A stretch of DNA of 64,000 nucleotides from a candidate division TM6 bacterium UASB124 (GTDB lineage: Bacteria; Babelota; Babeliae; Babelales; RVW-14), in NCBI GenBank assembly GCA_945897315.1, contig CAMDFF010000003.1, positions 14,885 to 78,884 on the forward strand, in the 5' to 3' direction. The notes under the pieces are model-generated. The model saw nothing but the letters and a program-made list of their open reading frames with translations. It was not told the DNA's origin and searched no databases. The translations under genes and the position numbers were made by a program. Below are positions 29,092-39,091 of this stretch, one piece after another (position 1 is the first letter of the stretch; every line of letters begins with the position of its first letter).

Positions 29092-29616
29092 ATGAATAAA
29101 CAAACTAAAATAGCACTCGTATCTGATTTAAAAGTATTGATGGGTGCTGCCCATGCAACTTTTTTAATCAATTACAAAGGTCTTAATGTTGCTGCATTGC
29201 AGGGACTACGTAAAACAGTGCGTGGTGAGGGTGGATCCATTAAGGTCACCAAGGCATCATTGATGCGTATTGCAGCTCAGGACATCCCAGGATCTGATGT
29301 TTTTGCAGAAAACTTCAAGGAACAGGTTGGTCTTGTTTTTGCTAATAATGATGTATCAGCTGTTGCTAAAGAGTTGGTTAATTTTTCGAAAAAACATACA
29401 ACACTTAAAGTTGTTGCTGGTTTTTTCGAATCACGATTATTAAGCTCAGCAGAACTACAGTTTCTAGCAACATTGCCTTCTAAGGAAGTTCTTGTAGGGC
29501 ATTTTGCGGCTACGCTTCAAGCACCAATTAGCGGTCTTGCACGTGTGCTTCAAGCACATATTGCACAGCTTGCTTATGTACTTAAGGCTGTGGAAGAAAA
29601 ACAGCAAAACTCGTAG
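29092..29616 (+). CDS. rplJ: 50S ribosomal protein L10
   Basis: YKGLNV, LATLPSKE; synteny. Confidence 0.93.
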   Translation: MNKQTKIALVSDLKVLMGAAHATFLINYKGLNVAALQGLRKTVRGEGGSIKVTKASLMRIAAQDIPGSDVFAENFKEQVGLVFANNDVSAVAKELVNFSKKHTTLKVVAGFFESRLLSSAELQFLATLPSKEVLVGHFAATLQAPISGLARVLQAHIAQLAYVLKAVEEKQQNS

Positions 29617-29745
29617 TAAAGTAGCATATTTTATGATACAGTGTGCGTGGTCTTTCCAAAAAAGTTTGGGATTTGATGCAAAGGTTGCGTGCATTGCTTA
29701 GTTAAACGGTATATAGCGGTTGTAGGTTTTTAAGGAGTCTGTCAC

Positions 29746-30123
29746 ATGTCATCAAGAATTGAAATACTGGACGCAATCAAGAAAATGAACGTAATGGAGC
29801 TTGCTCTGCTTATTAAAGATATCGAAAATGAATTCGGTGTCTCAGCAGCGGCGCCTGTTGCAGCTGTAGCGGCTATGCCTGCTGCTGGCGCAGCGGCCCC
29901 AGCTGAAGAAAAGCTTGAGTATAAAGTTACATTGAAGGATGCTGGCGCTAATAAAATTAACGTTATCAAGGCTCTTCGGTCAGTAACTACTCTTTCTCTT
30001 GGCGATGCTAAAAATGGCGCTGAAAATGTTCCATTTGTTATCGCAGAAGCTGCATCAAAAGATGACGCTCACAAGATTAAGAAGGCTCTTGAAGAAGTTG
30101 GCGCAAAAGTTGAGCTCTCTTAA
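29746..30123 (+). CDS. rplL: 50S ribosomal protein L7/L12
   Basis: FGVSAAAP, Ala-rich hinge, KINVIK, LEEVGAKVEL. Confidence 0.97.
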   Translation: MSSRIEILDAIKKMNVMELALLIKDIENEFGVSAAAPVAAVAAMPAAGAAAPAEEKLEYKVTLKDAGANKINVIKALRSVTTLSLGDAKNGAENVPFVIAEAASKDDAHKIKKALEEVGAKVELS

Positions 30124-30168
30124 TTTTGTACCCCTTCAAAGCTAGTGACTAATGTCACGAATTTTTTG

Positions 30169-30212
30169 TGGATACCGTTCTAATGGCTATTAGAACGGTA
30201 TCCATTTTGTTT
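30169..30212 (+). terminator. Terminator/attenuator between rplL and rpoB
   Basis: Perfect 16-bp stem tggataccgttctaat-ggct-attagaacggtatcca followed by ttttgttt. Confidence 0.8.
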
Positions 30213-30257
30213 CTTTCAACATAAATATCAATGCGTTTTGGCTACAGGAGCGGTTGA

Positions 30258-33200
30258 ATGTCTGGATTTGGTCGAGGTAAAGGGATCTTAAGGAAGTCGT
30301 TTGGCAAAATAAAAGAGGTTGTTTCGTTACCTAATCTGATTGAAGTACAATCAAAATCGTTTAATGATTTTGTCCAACTTGACTGTATTCCATCAGAGCG
30401 AAAACACATCGGCCTTGAAAAGGTTTTGCGCGATACGTTTCCAGTTGAACAAAATGAGCGTATTTCGCTTGAGTACGTCAGCTACGAATTAGGGGACTGG
30501 GCATGTATTTGCGGTCAAGTTACCGGCATTATCAATCGTTATAAATGGACGTGTTCTTCCTGTAAAAAAAGTGGAAGCAGCAAGCTTACTGGTAGTAAGA
30601 CATGTCTTATGTGCAAAAAAGATACAGCACAGTACGCGCATTGCAAAAAATGTTTCTCACGGGTATCCATTAAAGTTCCAGCAATGGTTGATGAGTGTCG
30701 CTACAGTGGCAAAACATTCTCCCTGCCGCTAAAAGTAAAAATGCAGCTGATAAGTTGGGATGTAGACCCAGTAACAGCTGAAAAAATTGTTCGCGATATT
30801 AAAGAGCAAGATGTGTTTTTCTGTGATCTTCCTGTAATGGTTGATTTATATGAGGACCATGATGGAGTCTATCATTTAGGCAGCCAAGGGACATTTTTGA
30901 TCAATGGTGTTGATCGTGTGGTCGTAAGCCAGATTCATCGTGCTCCTGGCGTGATGTTTACCTTGAGCAAAAAATCTAAAGACTATCGTGGGCAGCCTTA
31001 TCATGTTGCTCGTCTTATTCCAAGCCGCGGCTCGTGGCTTGATTTTGAATTTGATCACAATGATCTAGTCTATGTTCGCATCGATAAAAAGAAAAAAATT
31101 CTGGCGACAACCTTTCTACAAGCAATTGGTATCGAAAAAAATAAGATACTTTCAACATTTTATAACTTCGATACTATTGAAGCAAAAAATGGCAATTTTT
31201 ATCGGAAGCTTGATAGTAATCTTATTGGACAACGCTTAGAAGCAGGGGCGCTACCAAAAGAGTTTGAAGGTAAGTTTGCTGTTGGTCAGCGACTGACGAA
31301 GACACACATTGAAAAATTGCAAAAAGAGGGTCTGGATCGTCTTATTGTCCGCAAAAATAGTTTAATGAGTCGCATTATTGCTGAAGATGTTATTGTTCCA
31401 AAAACGGGCGAAGTTATTGCGGCGCTAGGAACAGAACTTACTGAAGAGCTCATTGAAATTATTGCTTCTGTTGGAACTATTTCTCTTAAAATTATTCAAT
31501 CATCTGGCTATGTTATTCAACCAACATTAGCGCTTACTTTTGCTCAAGATCAAACTACTACTCGCGAAGAAGCATTGAAAGAAGTTTATACCAAGCTTAA
31601 GCCTGGCGATATTCCTTCAGTGAAGATTATGGAAGAGTATGTTACTAACTTATTCTATAATCCGCGTTTTTACGATTTAACTGTTGTTGGACGTATTCGT
31701 ACTAACCGTAAACTGGATCTTAACATTGATAAAAATGTTACCTGTTTAACAAAAGAAGATATTATTGCGACCTTCAACTATCTGATTGGCCTTAAAGAGC
31801 GCGGAGAAGGCGAGCTAGATGATATCGATCACCTAGGTAATCGATGTGTTCGTCTTGTTGGGGAATTACTCCAAAGCCAATTATATATCGGATTTGCGCG
31901 TATTGAGCGTATTGTTAAAGAGCGTTTTAGACTTCAAGATAACTATGCATCATTAATGCCCTATGACTTTTTAAATGTTAAGCCATTAGCAGCTGTGTTG
32001 CGTGAGTTTTTTGGTACCGGGCAACTTTCACAATTTATGGACCAGACGAATCCACTTGCAGAAATGGCACACAAAAGGCGATTGTCAGCACTTGGGCCCG
32101 GTGGTATCACTCGTGAACGGGCAACGTTTGAAGTGCGTGACGTGCATACATCTCATTACGGCCGTATATGCCCTATTGAAACGCCAGAAGGTCAAAATAT
32201 TGGTTTGATTTCTTCACTTTCAACCTATGCTCGTGCTAATGCTTTAGGTTTTATTGAAACACCTTATCGCCCCGTTAAAGATGGTGTTGTTGCAGATAAC
32301 GTTGTTTATCTTGATGCTTTCCAAGAAATTGGTGAACGCATAGCACAGGCAAGCGTGAAGGTTTCTAAGGTAAATAAAATTGCAGGAGAGCGTGTTCTTG
32401 TAAGAAGAGATGGCGACTATATTCTGGAGCTACCAGAGAACATATCTTACGTTGATGCCTCGCCAAAGCAAATATTCTCCGTGCCAACTGCGCTGATACC
32501 GTTTCTTGAACATGACGATGCAAACCGTGCGCTCATGGGATCTAACATGCAACGCCAAGCTGTACCTCTCATCAATTGTCAAACACCACTTGTTGGTACT
32601 GGTATTGAGTGTGAGTTAGGTTCGCTTGAGGGTGCGGTTGTGAATGCTCGCACTGTAGGCATTGTTGAGTATGTATCCTCAGAAAAAATAATTGTTCGCT
32701 TGCATGCTGATGACATTGGTGAAGCAGAGTGGCTTTCTCGTCCTATTGATATTTATTACCTAAAGAAATTTGCTCGTTCAAGTCATAATACCTGGATTCA
32801 CTTTAATCCTATTGTAGAAGTGGGCGATGCTGTTAAAAAAGGTGATATTATCGCTACTGGTGCGGCAACACAAAATGGTGAATTAGCCCTTGGTAGTAAC
32901 GTTCTTGTCGCTTTCATGCCATGGCAAGGGTACAACTATGAGGATGCTATTGTTGTCAGCAAACGACTTGTTGGTGATGAAGTCTTCTCATCTGTTCACG
33001 TTGAAGAATTTGTTGTTGAAGCACGTGAAACAAAGCTTGGAGCAGAAGAAATCACTAGAGATATTCCAAATGTACCAGAAAAAGACCTTGCAGCCCTTGA
33101 TGAGGATGGCATTGTAAAAATTGGTACACGGATTAAATCAGGTGACATTTTAGTTGGTAAGGTAACACTTAAAGGTGACGTTCAAGTTTCACCTGAAGAA

Positions 33201-34589
33201 AAGTTATTACGAGCTATCTTCGGTGAAAAGTCTCGTGAAGTGCGCGATACCTCTTTGCGTGTTCCACCTGGTGTAGAAGCAACCGTTGTTGATGTCAAAG
33301 TATTTTCTAGAAGTGGTATTCGCAAAGACAAGCGTTATAAAGAGATTGTTGTTAAAGAGACGCAAAAAATTGAAGAAAATTTTGCTTATCATTTGCATAT
33401 TCTTGAAAAAGGCATTAAGGCTAATGTCGTTGGATTGTTGAACGGTAAAACAAGCAAAGCGACCACTGTTAAAGAGTTGCTTGTTAAAGGCATGTTTACT
33501 GAAGAGCGATTGCAATTGGTTGAGCTTGATCGCTTGTTGACTATAGTTACCAGCGATAAAGACATTGATGCAAAAATAAAAAACTACAATGATATTTTGA
33601 CTAATCAAATTCATGTTTTGACAGCACTTAAAGAAGATCGTATTAATCAATTACGCAAAGGTGACGATCTCCCTTCTGGCGTTATTAAAATGATTAAAGT
33701 CTATGTTGCTACAAAGCGACGTCTTTCTGTCGGAGATAAAATGGCGGGTCGCCACGGAAACAAGGGTGTGGTATCACGCATTGTTAATGTGGAAGACATG
33801 CCATACATGGAAGACGGCACTGCTGTTGACATAGTTCTGAATCCACTTGGGGTGCCAGGTCGTATGAACGTTGGGCAGATTCTTGAGACGATGTTGGGTA
33901 TGGCTGGTAAGGTAGCTGCAGATAAATTTGCAGCACAATTAGAAGCTATGTCTCATCAAGAAGTTAAGAGCAAAATGGCTCATTATTATGGCGTCGAAAT
34001 TATTAATGACATTGAAGAGCAATACGGTAAAGAAGAAATTATTAATCTTGCTCGTAAGACTGTCGCTAATGGTGTTGCATTTAAAACACCAGTATTTGAT
34101 GGCGCTGACTATGAAAAAGAGATTCAGCCGTTCTTGCTTGAACAAGGGTTGCCTGCTAATGGGACATACCCATTATTTGACGGTCGTACTGGTGAACAAT
34201 TTGATCAGCCTGTGACTGTGGGTTTCATTTACATTATGAAACTTAATCACCTTGCAGATGACAAATTGCATGCTCGTTCTGTTGGTCCCTATTCGCTTAT
34301 TACACAACAGCCACTTGGCGGTAAAGCGCAATTTGGTGGACAACGTCTTGGTGAGATGGAAGTGTGGGCATTGTATGCATATGGTGCAGCGTATACATTG
34401 CAAGAAATGCTTACCATTAAGTCTGACGATGTCAATGGTCGTATTAAAGCCTATGAGGCTATTGTGCGGGGTGAAGAAGTACCAGAGGCTGGTATTCCAG
34501 AGTCTTTCAACGTATTGGTCAAAGAACTACAGAGCTTAGGGTTGCAAGTGGATTTATTCAAGACAAGTAAGGAGCACGTAGGTGAATAA
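30258..34589 (+). CDS. rpoB: RNA polymerase beta subunit
   Basis: QFMDQTNPL, HYGRICPIETPEG, GDKMAGRHGNKG, GGQRLGEMEVW; Cys-rich N-terminal insertion. Confidence 0.99.
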   Translation: MSGFGRGKGILRKSFGKIKEVVSLPNLIEVQSKSFNDFVQLDCIPSERKHIGLEKVLRDTFPVEQNERISLEYVSYELGDWACICGQVTGIINRYKWTCSSCKKSGSSKLTGSKTCLMCKKDTAQYAHCKKCFSRVSIKVPAMVDECRYSGKTFSLPLKVKMQLISWDVDPVTAEKIVRDIKEQDVFFCDLPVMVDLYEDHDGVYHLGSQGTFLINGVDRVVVSQIHRAPGVMFTLSKKSKDYRGQPYHVARLIPSRGSWLDFEFDHNDLVYVRIDKKKKILATTFLQAIGIEKNKILSTFYNFDTIEAKNGNFYRKLDSNLIGQRLEAGALPKEFEGKFAVGQRLTKTHIEKLQKEGLDRLIVRKNSLMSRIIAEDVIVPKTGEVIAALGTELTEELIEIIASVGTISLKIIQSSGYVIQPTLALTFAQDQTTTREEALKEVYTKLKPGDIPSVKIMEEYVTNLFYNPRFYDLTVVGRIRTNRKLDLNIDKNVTCLTKEDIIATFNYLIGLKERGEGELDDIDHLGNRCVRLVGELLQSQLYIGFARIERIVKERFRLQDNYASLMPYDFLNVKPLAAVLREFFGTGQLSQFMDQTNPLAEMAHKRRLSALGPGGITRERATFEVRDVHTSHYGRICPIETPEGQNIGLISSLSTYARANALGFIETPYRPVKDGVVADNVVYLDAFQEIGERIAQASVKVSKVNKIAGERVLVRRDGDYILELPENISYVDASPKQIFSVPTALIPFLEHDDANRALMGSNMQRQAVPLINCQTPLVGTGIECELGSLEGAVVNARTVGIVEYVSSEKIIVRLHADDIGEAEWLSRPIDIYYLKKFARSSHNTWIHFNPIVEVGDAVKKGDIIATGAATQNGELALGSNVLVAFMPWQGYNYEDAIVVSKRLVGDEVFSSVHVEEFVVEARETKLGAEEITRDIPNVPEKDLAALDEDGIVKIGTRIKSGDILVGKVTLKGDVQVSPEEKLLRAIFGEKSREVRDTSLRVPPGVEATVVDVKVFSRSGIRKDKRYKEIVVKETQKIEENFAYHLHILEKGIKANVVGLLNGKTSKATTVKELLVKGMFTEERLQLVELDRLLTIVTSDKDIDAKIKNYNDILTNQIHVLTALKEDRINQLRKGDDLPSGVIKMIKVYVATKRRLSVGDKMAGRHGNKGVVSRIVNVEDMPYMEDGTAVDIVLNPLGVPGRMNVGQILETMLGMAGKVAADKFAAQLEAMSHQEVKSKMAHYYGVEIINDIEEQYGKEEIINLARKTVANGVAFKTPVFDGADYEKEIQPFLLEQGLPANGTYPLFDGRTGEQFDQPVTVGFIYIMKLNHLADDKLHARSVGPYSLITQQPLGGKAQFGGQRLGEMEVWALYAYGAAYTLQEMLTIKSDDVNGRIKAYEAIVRGEEVPEAGIPESFNVLVKELQSLGLQVDLFKTSKEHVGE

Positions 34590-37500
34590 CAAGATGCTTG
34601 AAAGATTTCGTGAGTATATCAGTGGTACCCAATTTAATGCGTTCCGTCTTGGTATAGCATCCCCTGATAAAATCCGCTCGTTATCGTATGGCGAAGTAAA
34701 AAAAATAGAAACAATCAACTACCGCACGCTCAAGCCTGAGCGTGACGGTTTGTTTTGCGCACGCATTTTCGGTCCTGTAAAAGACTGGGAATGTAATTGT
34801 GGCAAGTACAAACGCATGAAGCACCGCGGTGTTACCTGTGAAAAATGTGGTGTTGAGGTTATTCAAGCACGTGTACGTCGCGAGCGCATGGGGCATATTA
34901 ACTTGGTCTCTTCAGTCTGCCATATTTGGTTCTTGAAGGGAATTCCAAGTTATTTAAGCTTGATCATGAACATGACTGTGCGTGATCTTGAACGAGTGAT
35001 CTATTTTGATAGTTACATTGTAATACATCAAGGCAGTTCGCCGTTTGCTCAAAAAATACTCATTTCAAGTCAAGAATATGATAGCTATGTACAGGCTAAT
35101 CCTGAGGATACCCTGTTTAAGGCTGGTATGGGCGCAGAAGCCGTTCGTATTTTGCTAGCATTGATAGATCTTAGCTTTGAAGTTAGAAAAATCGAAGAAG
35201 AATACACGCAAACAACATCTGTAGCAGTTAAGCATCGTATTGCAAAACGCTACAAGGTTCTTGCGGGCATGGCTCAAGCAGGTATTCGTCCAGAATGGGT
35301 TATTCTGGATGTTCTTCCAGTTCTGCCTCCAGATTTGCGCCCATTAGTACCTCTTGAAGGAGGGCGCTTTGCGAGCTCAGATCTTAATGATTTATATCGT
35401 CGAGTTCTTAACCGTAACATTCGACTTAAGCGTTTGATTGAGCTCGAGGCTCCTGATGTTATTATTAAAAACGAAAAACGCATGCTTCAGGAATCTGTTG
35501 ATGCATTAATTGACAATGGGCGTCGTGGACAACCAGTTCGTGGTACGAATAAGCGGCCTCTGAAGTCACTCAGCGAAATGTTGCGTGGTAAGCAGGGTCG
35601 TTTCCGTCAGAACTTGCTTGGAAAGCGTGTAGATTATTCAGGTCGTTCGGTTATTGTAGTAGATCCAGAATTGAAAATGAATCAATGTGGACTGCCAAAA
35701 ATGATGGCACTTGAGTTGTTTAAGCCGTATGTTTATGTTGAACTTCAACAACGTGAGCTTGCACCTAATTTGCGCGTTGCTAAACGCATGGTTGAAGATA
35801 TGACTCCCGAAGTGTGGGAAGCACTAGAGGAAGTTGTTCGCGGTAGGCCAGTACTCCTGAACCGTGCGCCGACATTGCATCGCTTGAGTATTCAGGCATT
35901 CTTTCCTCTGTTGGTAGAGGGTAAGGCTATTAAGATCCATCCATTGGTTTGTTCTGCATTTAACGCGGACTTTGATGGTGACCAAATGGCAGTGCACGTG
36001 TTACTTAGTAAGGTAGCCCGTACTGAAGCAATACGGTTAATGCTTTCTACTCGTAATATTTTGACTCCTGCTAATGGTCGTCCATTATCTGTTCCATCGC
36101 AGGATATGGTTCTTGGCTTGTATTATTTGACCAAAGGACGAAAAAACGTTCTTGGGGAAAGCTTAGTATTTAGTAATCTTGAAGAAGTAATTTACGCGTA
36201 TCAGCATAAGCGTGTTAGTGCACAAGCACCAATTAAGTTGCGCTTAGCTGATGGTAAGATTATAGAAACAACTGTTGGGCGTGTTATTCTATACGAATCA
36301 CTGCCTGCTGGTAGTAATTTTAACTGGATTAATAAAGCAGTTAAGAAAAAAGACTTAGCAAATATGGTTGGCAAGGTTTACAAGGCTTTTGGGGCTGAAG
36401 CAACAGTTGATGCTCTAGATAAAATCAAAAAACTTGGTTTTTCTTATGCTACAACTGGCGGTATTTCCCTTTCTATGGATAATCTAGTGATTCCTAGTAC
36501 CAAGCCAGAAGTTATTAGCAAAGCAACAGCTGAAGTTAATAAAGCAGAAAAGCTCTACTTAGATGGAGCGATCACTAATGGTGAGCGTTACAGCAAAGTT
36601 ATTCAAATTTGGTTCCGTGCAACCGAAGAGCTTACCAATGACATGGTACAGTTGCTTGAAAATGATGATCGCAAGATTGCAGCGAACCAATCTAAGTCAA
36701 ATGAGCCCTTTAATCCGGTCTTTATGATGCTTGACTCTGGAGCGCGTGGCTCTCGACAACAAATTCGTCAGCTTGCTGCTATGAGAGGGTTGATGTCGAA
36801 TCCATCTGGTGAAGTTATGGAAACGCCCGTACTTGCAAACTTTAAAGAGGGTCTCAGTGTTTTCGAATACTTTGTTTCTACTCACGGGGCGCGAAAAGGG
36901 CTAGCAGATACCGCACTTAAAACGGCAGATTCAGGCTATCTGACACGTCGTTTAGTTGACGTTGCTCAAGATGTTGTTATTTCTACGCTAAACTGTCAAA
37001 CATTCGGTTCTGTAACAATTATCGATTTAAAAGAGTATGGCGAAATTATTCAGCCTTTAGCTGATCGTGTTTATGGTCGTATTACCGCTGAGCCAATTAA
37101 AGATCCAGTTTCAGGAAAAATTATTGCTGAGCGTGATATTACGATTACTGATGCTATTATCGAACAATTACGCGATTCAGCAGTGATTGCAATCGCTGTT
37201 CGATCCGTGCTTACTTGCCAAGCTAAGCGTGGGGTATGTGCCCAGTGCTATGGAATGGACCTTTCAACGCTTTCGTTGGTAGATATTGGTACAGCCGTGG
37301 GCGTTATTGCTGCGCAATCAATTGGTGAACCTGGAACGCAGCTGACGATGAGAACCTTCCACGTTGGGGGTACTGCTAGCGGCCTTGGTGAAGCGAGCAC
37401 CTTTAAGTCACGGTTTAGCGGTAAAGTCTCTTTCAGGAATGTTCATACTGTCAAAAATCGTTTAGGTCAAACGGTTATCATGAACAGAAAGTCCAAGATT

Positions 37501-38709
37501 GTAATTGTTGCGGATGATGGACGTGAGCTTGAAGAATTTACGCTGGAATATGGCTCTACGATTTTTGTTGAACATGATATGCTTGTTCAGCAAAATCAAA
37601 AGATTGCTGAATGGGATGCCTTTAAGGTTATCATGACTGAAAAGGCTGGAACTGTTCAGTATGTTGATTTAATTGAAAACGTTACTTATCAAGAGCAGTT
37701 TGATGAAGGCTCTACTCAAGCAAACAAGGTTATTCTTGAGCGTCGTGAAGAAAAACGCCAAGCGTATATTATTATTTCGAGTGGTACTGAATCAGAAGAT
37801 TTACGTTATTATGTACCAACTGGAGCCATTTTAATCGTTGAAGACGGTCAAGATGTTCTTCCTGGTGATGTGATTGCTAAGTTGCCACGCGATGAAAAAC
37901 GTACCAAGGATATAACTGGTGGCTTGCCACGGGTTGCAGAGTTGTTTGAAGCACGTATTCCAAAAGATACAGCTATTCTTTCTGATGCTGATGGCATCAT
38001 TAGGTTTGGTGGGTTACATCGTGGTCAACGTAGAATTACGGTTACTACTGATGAAGGCGAGGTCTTTGAATATAGCGTACCTCGTAGCCGACACTTAAAC
38101 GTCGAAGATGGAGAGCGTGTAAAAGCGGGAGATGCTTTGACCTCTGGTGTGCCTAATGTGCATGATATCTTGCGAATTCTTGGACCTGATGAAGTACAAA
38201 AATATTTGGTTCGTGAAATTCAAGAAATTTATACACTGCAAGGCGTTGATATCAATGATAAACACATTGAATTGATTGTTCGCCAGATGCTCCATAAAGT
38301 ACGTATAATTGATCCAGGCGAAACAAAATTTGTTGCTGGTGATCGTGTAAATCGTTTCTTATTCCAGTCTGTCAACAAGCTTGTTGTTCAAGAGGGTAAG
38401 AAAGCTGCGACCGCAAAGCCGATTTTGATGGGTATTACTAAAGCGTCTCTTGGTACAGAGAGCTTTCTTTCAGCTGCTTCATTCCAAGAAACAACACGAG
38501 TTCTTACTGAAGCATCATTAGTTGGTCAAGTTGACTATCTCTATGGGTTGAAAGAAAACGTTGTAATTGGTAAACTGATCCCAGCTGGTACCGGTATCGC
38601 TAGTTTTAAAGCGAAATACATTGGTGAAGAGATATCAGAACTTGAACAGTTAGCACGGGCAGAAGAACAACTTGAAATTGGATTAGACGCTGTATCTTTA
38701 ACAAAATAG
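34582..38709 (+). CDS. rpoC: RNA polymerase beta' subunit
   Basis: NADFDGD catalytic motif, zinc-binding domain WECNCGKYK...CEKC, QSIGEPGTQLTMRTFH. Confidence 0.99.
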   Translation: MNNKMLERFREYISGTQFNAFRLGIASPDKIRSLSYGEVKKIETINYRTLKPERDGLFCARIFGPVKDWECNCGKYKRMKHRGVTCEKCGVEVIQARVRRERMGHINLVSSVCHIWFLKGIPSYLSLIMNMTVRDLERVIYFDSYIVIHQGSSPFAQKILISSQEYDSYVQANPEDTLFKAGMGAEAVRILLALIDLSFEVRKIEEEYTQTTSVAVKHRIAKRYKVLAGMAQAGIRPEWVILDVLPVLPPDLRPLVPLEGGRFASSDLNDLYRRVLNRNIRLKRLIELEAPDVIIKNEKRMLQESVDALIDNGRRGQPVRGTNKRPLKSLSEMLRGKQGRFRQNLLGKRVDYSGRSVIVVDPELKMNQCGLPKMMALELFKPYVYVELQQRELAPNLRVAKRMVEDMTPEVWEALEEVVRGRPVLLNRAPTLHRLSIQAFFPLLVEGKAIKIHPLVCSAFNADFDGDQMAVHVLLSKVARTEAIRLMLSTRNILTPANGRPLSVPSQDMVLGLYYLTKGRKNVLGESLVFSNLEEVIYAYQHKRVSAQAPIKLRLADGKIIETTVGRVILYESLPAGSNFNWINKAVKKKDLANMVGKVYKAFGAEATVDALDKIKKLGFSYATTGGISLSMDNLVIPSTKPEVISKATAEVNKAEKLYLDGAITNGERYSKVIQIWFRATEELTNDMVQLLENDDRKIAANQSKSNEPFNPVFMMLDSGARGSRQQIRQLAAMRGLMSNPSGEVMETPVLANFKEGLSVFEYFVSTHGARKGLADTALKTADSGYLTRRLVDVAQDVVISTLNCQTFGSVTIIDLKEYGEIIQPLADRVYGRITAEPIKDPVSGKIIAERDITITDAIIEQLRDSAVIAIAVRSVLTCQAKRGVCAQCYGMDLSTLSLVDIGTAVGVIAAQSIGEPGTQLTMRTFHVGGTASGLGEASTFKSRFSGKVSFRNVHTVKNRLGQTVIMNRKSKIVIVADDGRELEEFTLEYGSTIFVEHDMLVQQNQKIAEWDAFKVIMTEKAGTVQYVDLIENVTYQEQFDEGSTQANKVILERREEKRQAYIIISSGTESEDLRYYVPTGAILIVEDGQDVLPGDVIAKLPRDEKRTKDITGGLPRVAELFEARIPKDTAILSDADGIIRFGGLHRGQRRITVTTDEGEVFEYSVPRSRHLNVEDGERVKAGDALTSGVPNVHDILRILGPDEVQKYLVREIQEIYTLQGVDINDKHIELIVRQMLHKVRIIDPGETKFVAGDRVNRFLFQSVNKLVVQEGKKAATAKPILMGITKASLGTESFLSAASFQETTRVLTEASLVGQVDYLYGLKENVVIGKLIPAGTGIASFKAKYIGEEISELEQLARAEEQLEIGLDAVSLTK

Positions 38710-38718
38710 TCCCTAAAA

Positions 38719-38794
38719 AGGCGCGTAGCTCAGTTGGCAGAGCATCACTTTGACGTAGTGAGGGTCAGCGGTTCGAATCCGCTCGCGCCTACCA
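38719..38794 (+). tRNA. tRNA-Val(GAC)
   Basis: aggcgcg/cgcgcct acceptor stem; anticodon arm tcact-ttGACgt-agtga; CCA. Confidence 0.93.
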
Positions 38795-38817
38795 TAAACC
38801 AAAACGTAAGGTATTAC

Positions 38818-39090
38818 ATGATTCGTAATGATGTAAAACAAAAATTGATCAAAGCATTTGGAAAATCACCAAATGATGTTGGTTCTTGTGAAGTACAAAT
38901 AGCAGTGCTCTCTGAGCGTATTAAGCAAATATCAAACCATCTGAAGGAAGCTAAAAAAGATTATTCTTCACAACGTGGTTTGATGATCTTAATTGGTAAA
39001 AGACGTACGTTCTTTAAGTACCTGAAAAAAAATGATGAAGTTAGTTACACTAATGTGATGCAATCGCTCAAATCACACGGATTGATCTAA
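38818..39090 (+). CDS. rpsO: 30S ribosomal protein S15
   Basis: DVGSCEVQIA, KDYSSQRGLM...GKRR; start placed at ATG 38818. Confidence 0.95.
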   Translation: MIRNDVKQKLIKAFGKSPNDVGSCEVQIAVLSERIKQISNHLKEAKKDYSSQRGLMILIGKRRTFFKYLKKNDEVSYTNVMQSLKSHGLI

Positions 39091-39091
39091 T

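Noticed and set aside
28399-29171. Minus-strand ORFs of 163 and 172 aa
   Set aside because: Antisense to rplA; expected from codon bias in highly expressed genes
32010-32110. Rifampicin-resistance substitutions in RpoB cluster I
   Set aside because: QLSQFMDQTNPLAEMAHKRRLSALG keeps the sensitive-type Q, D, H and S residues
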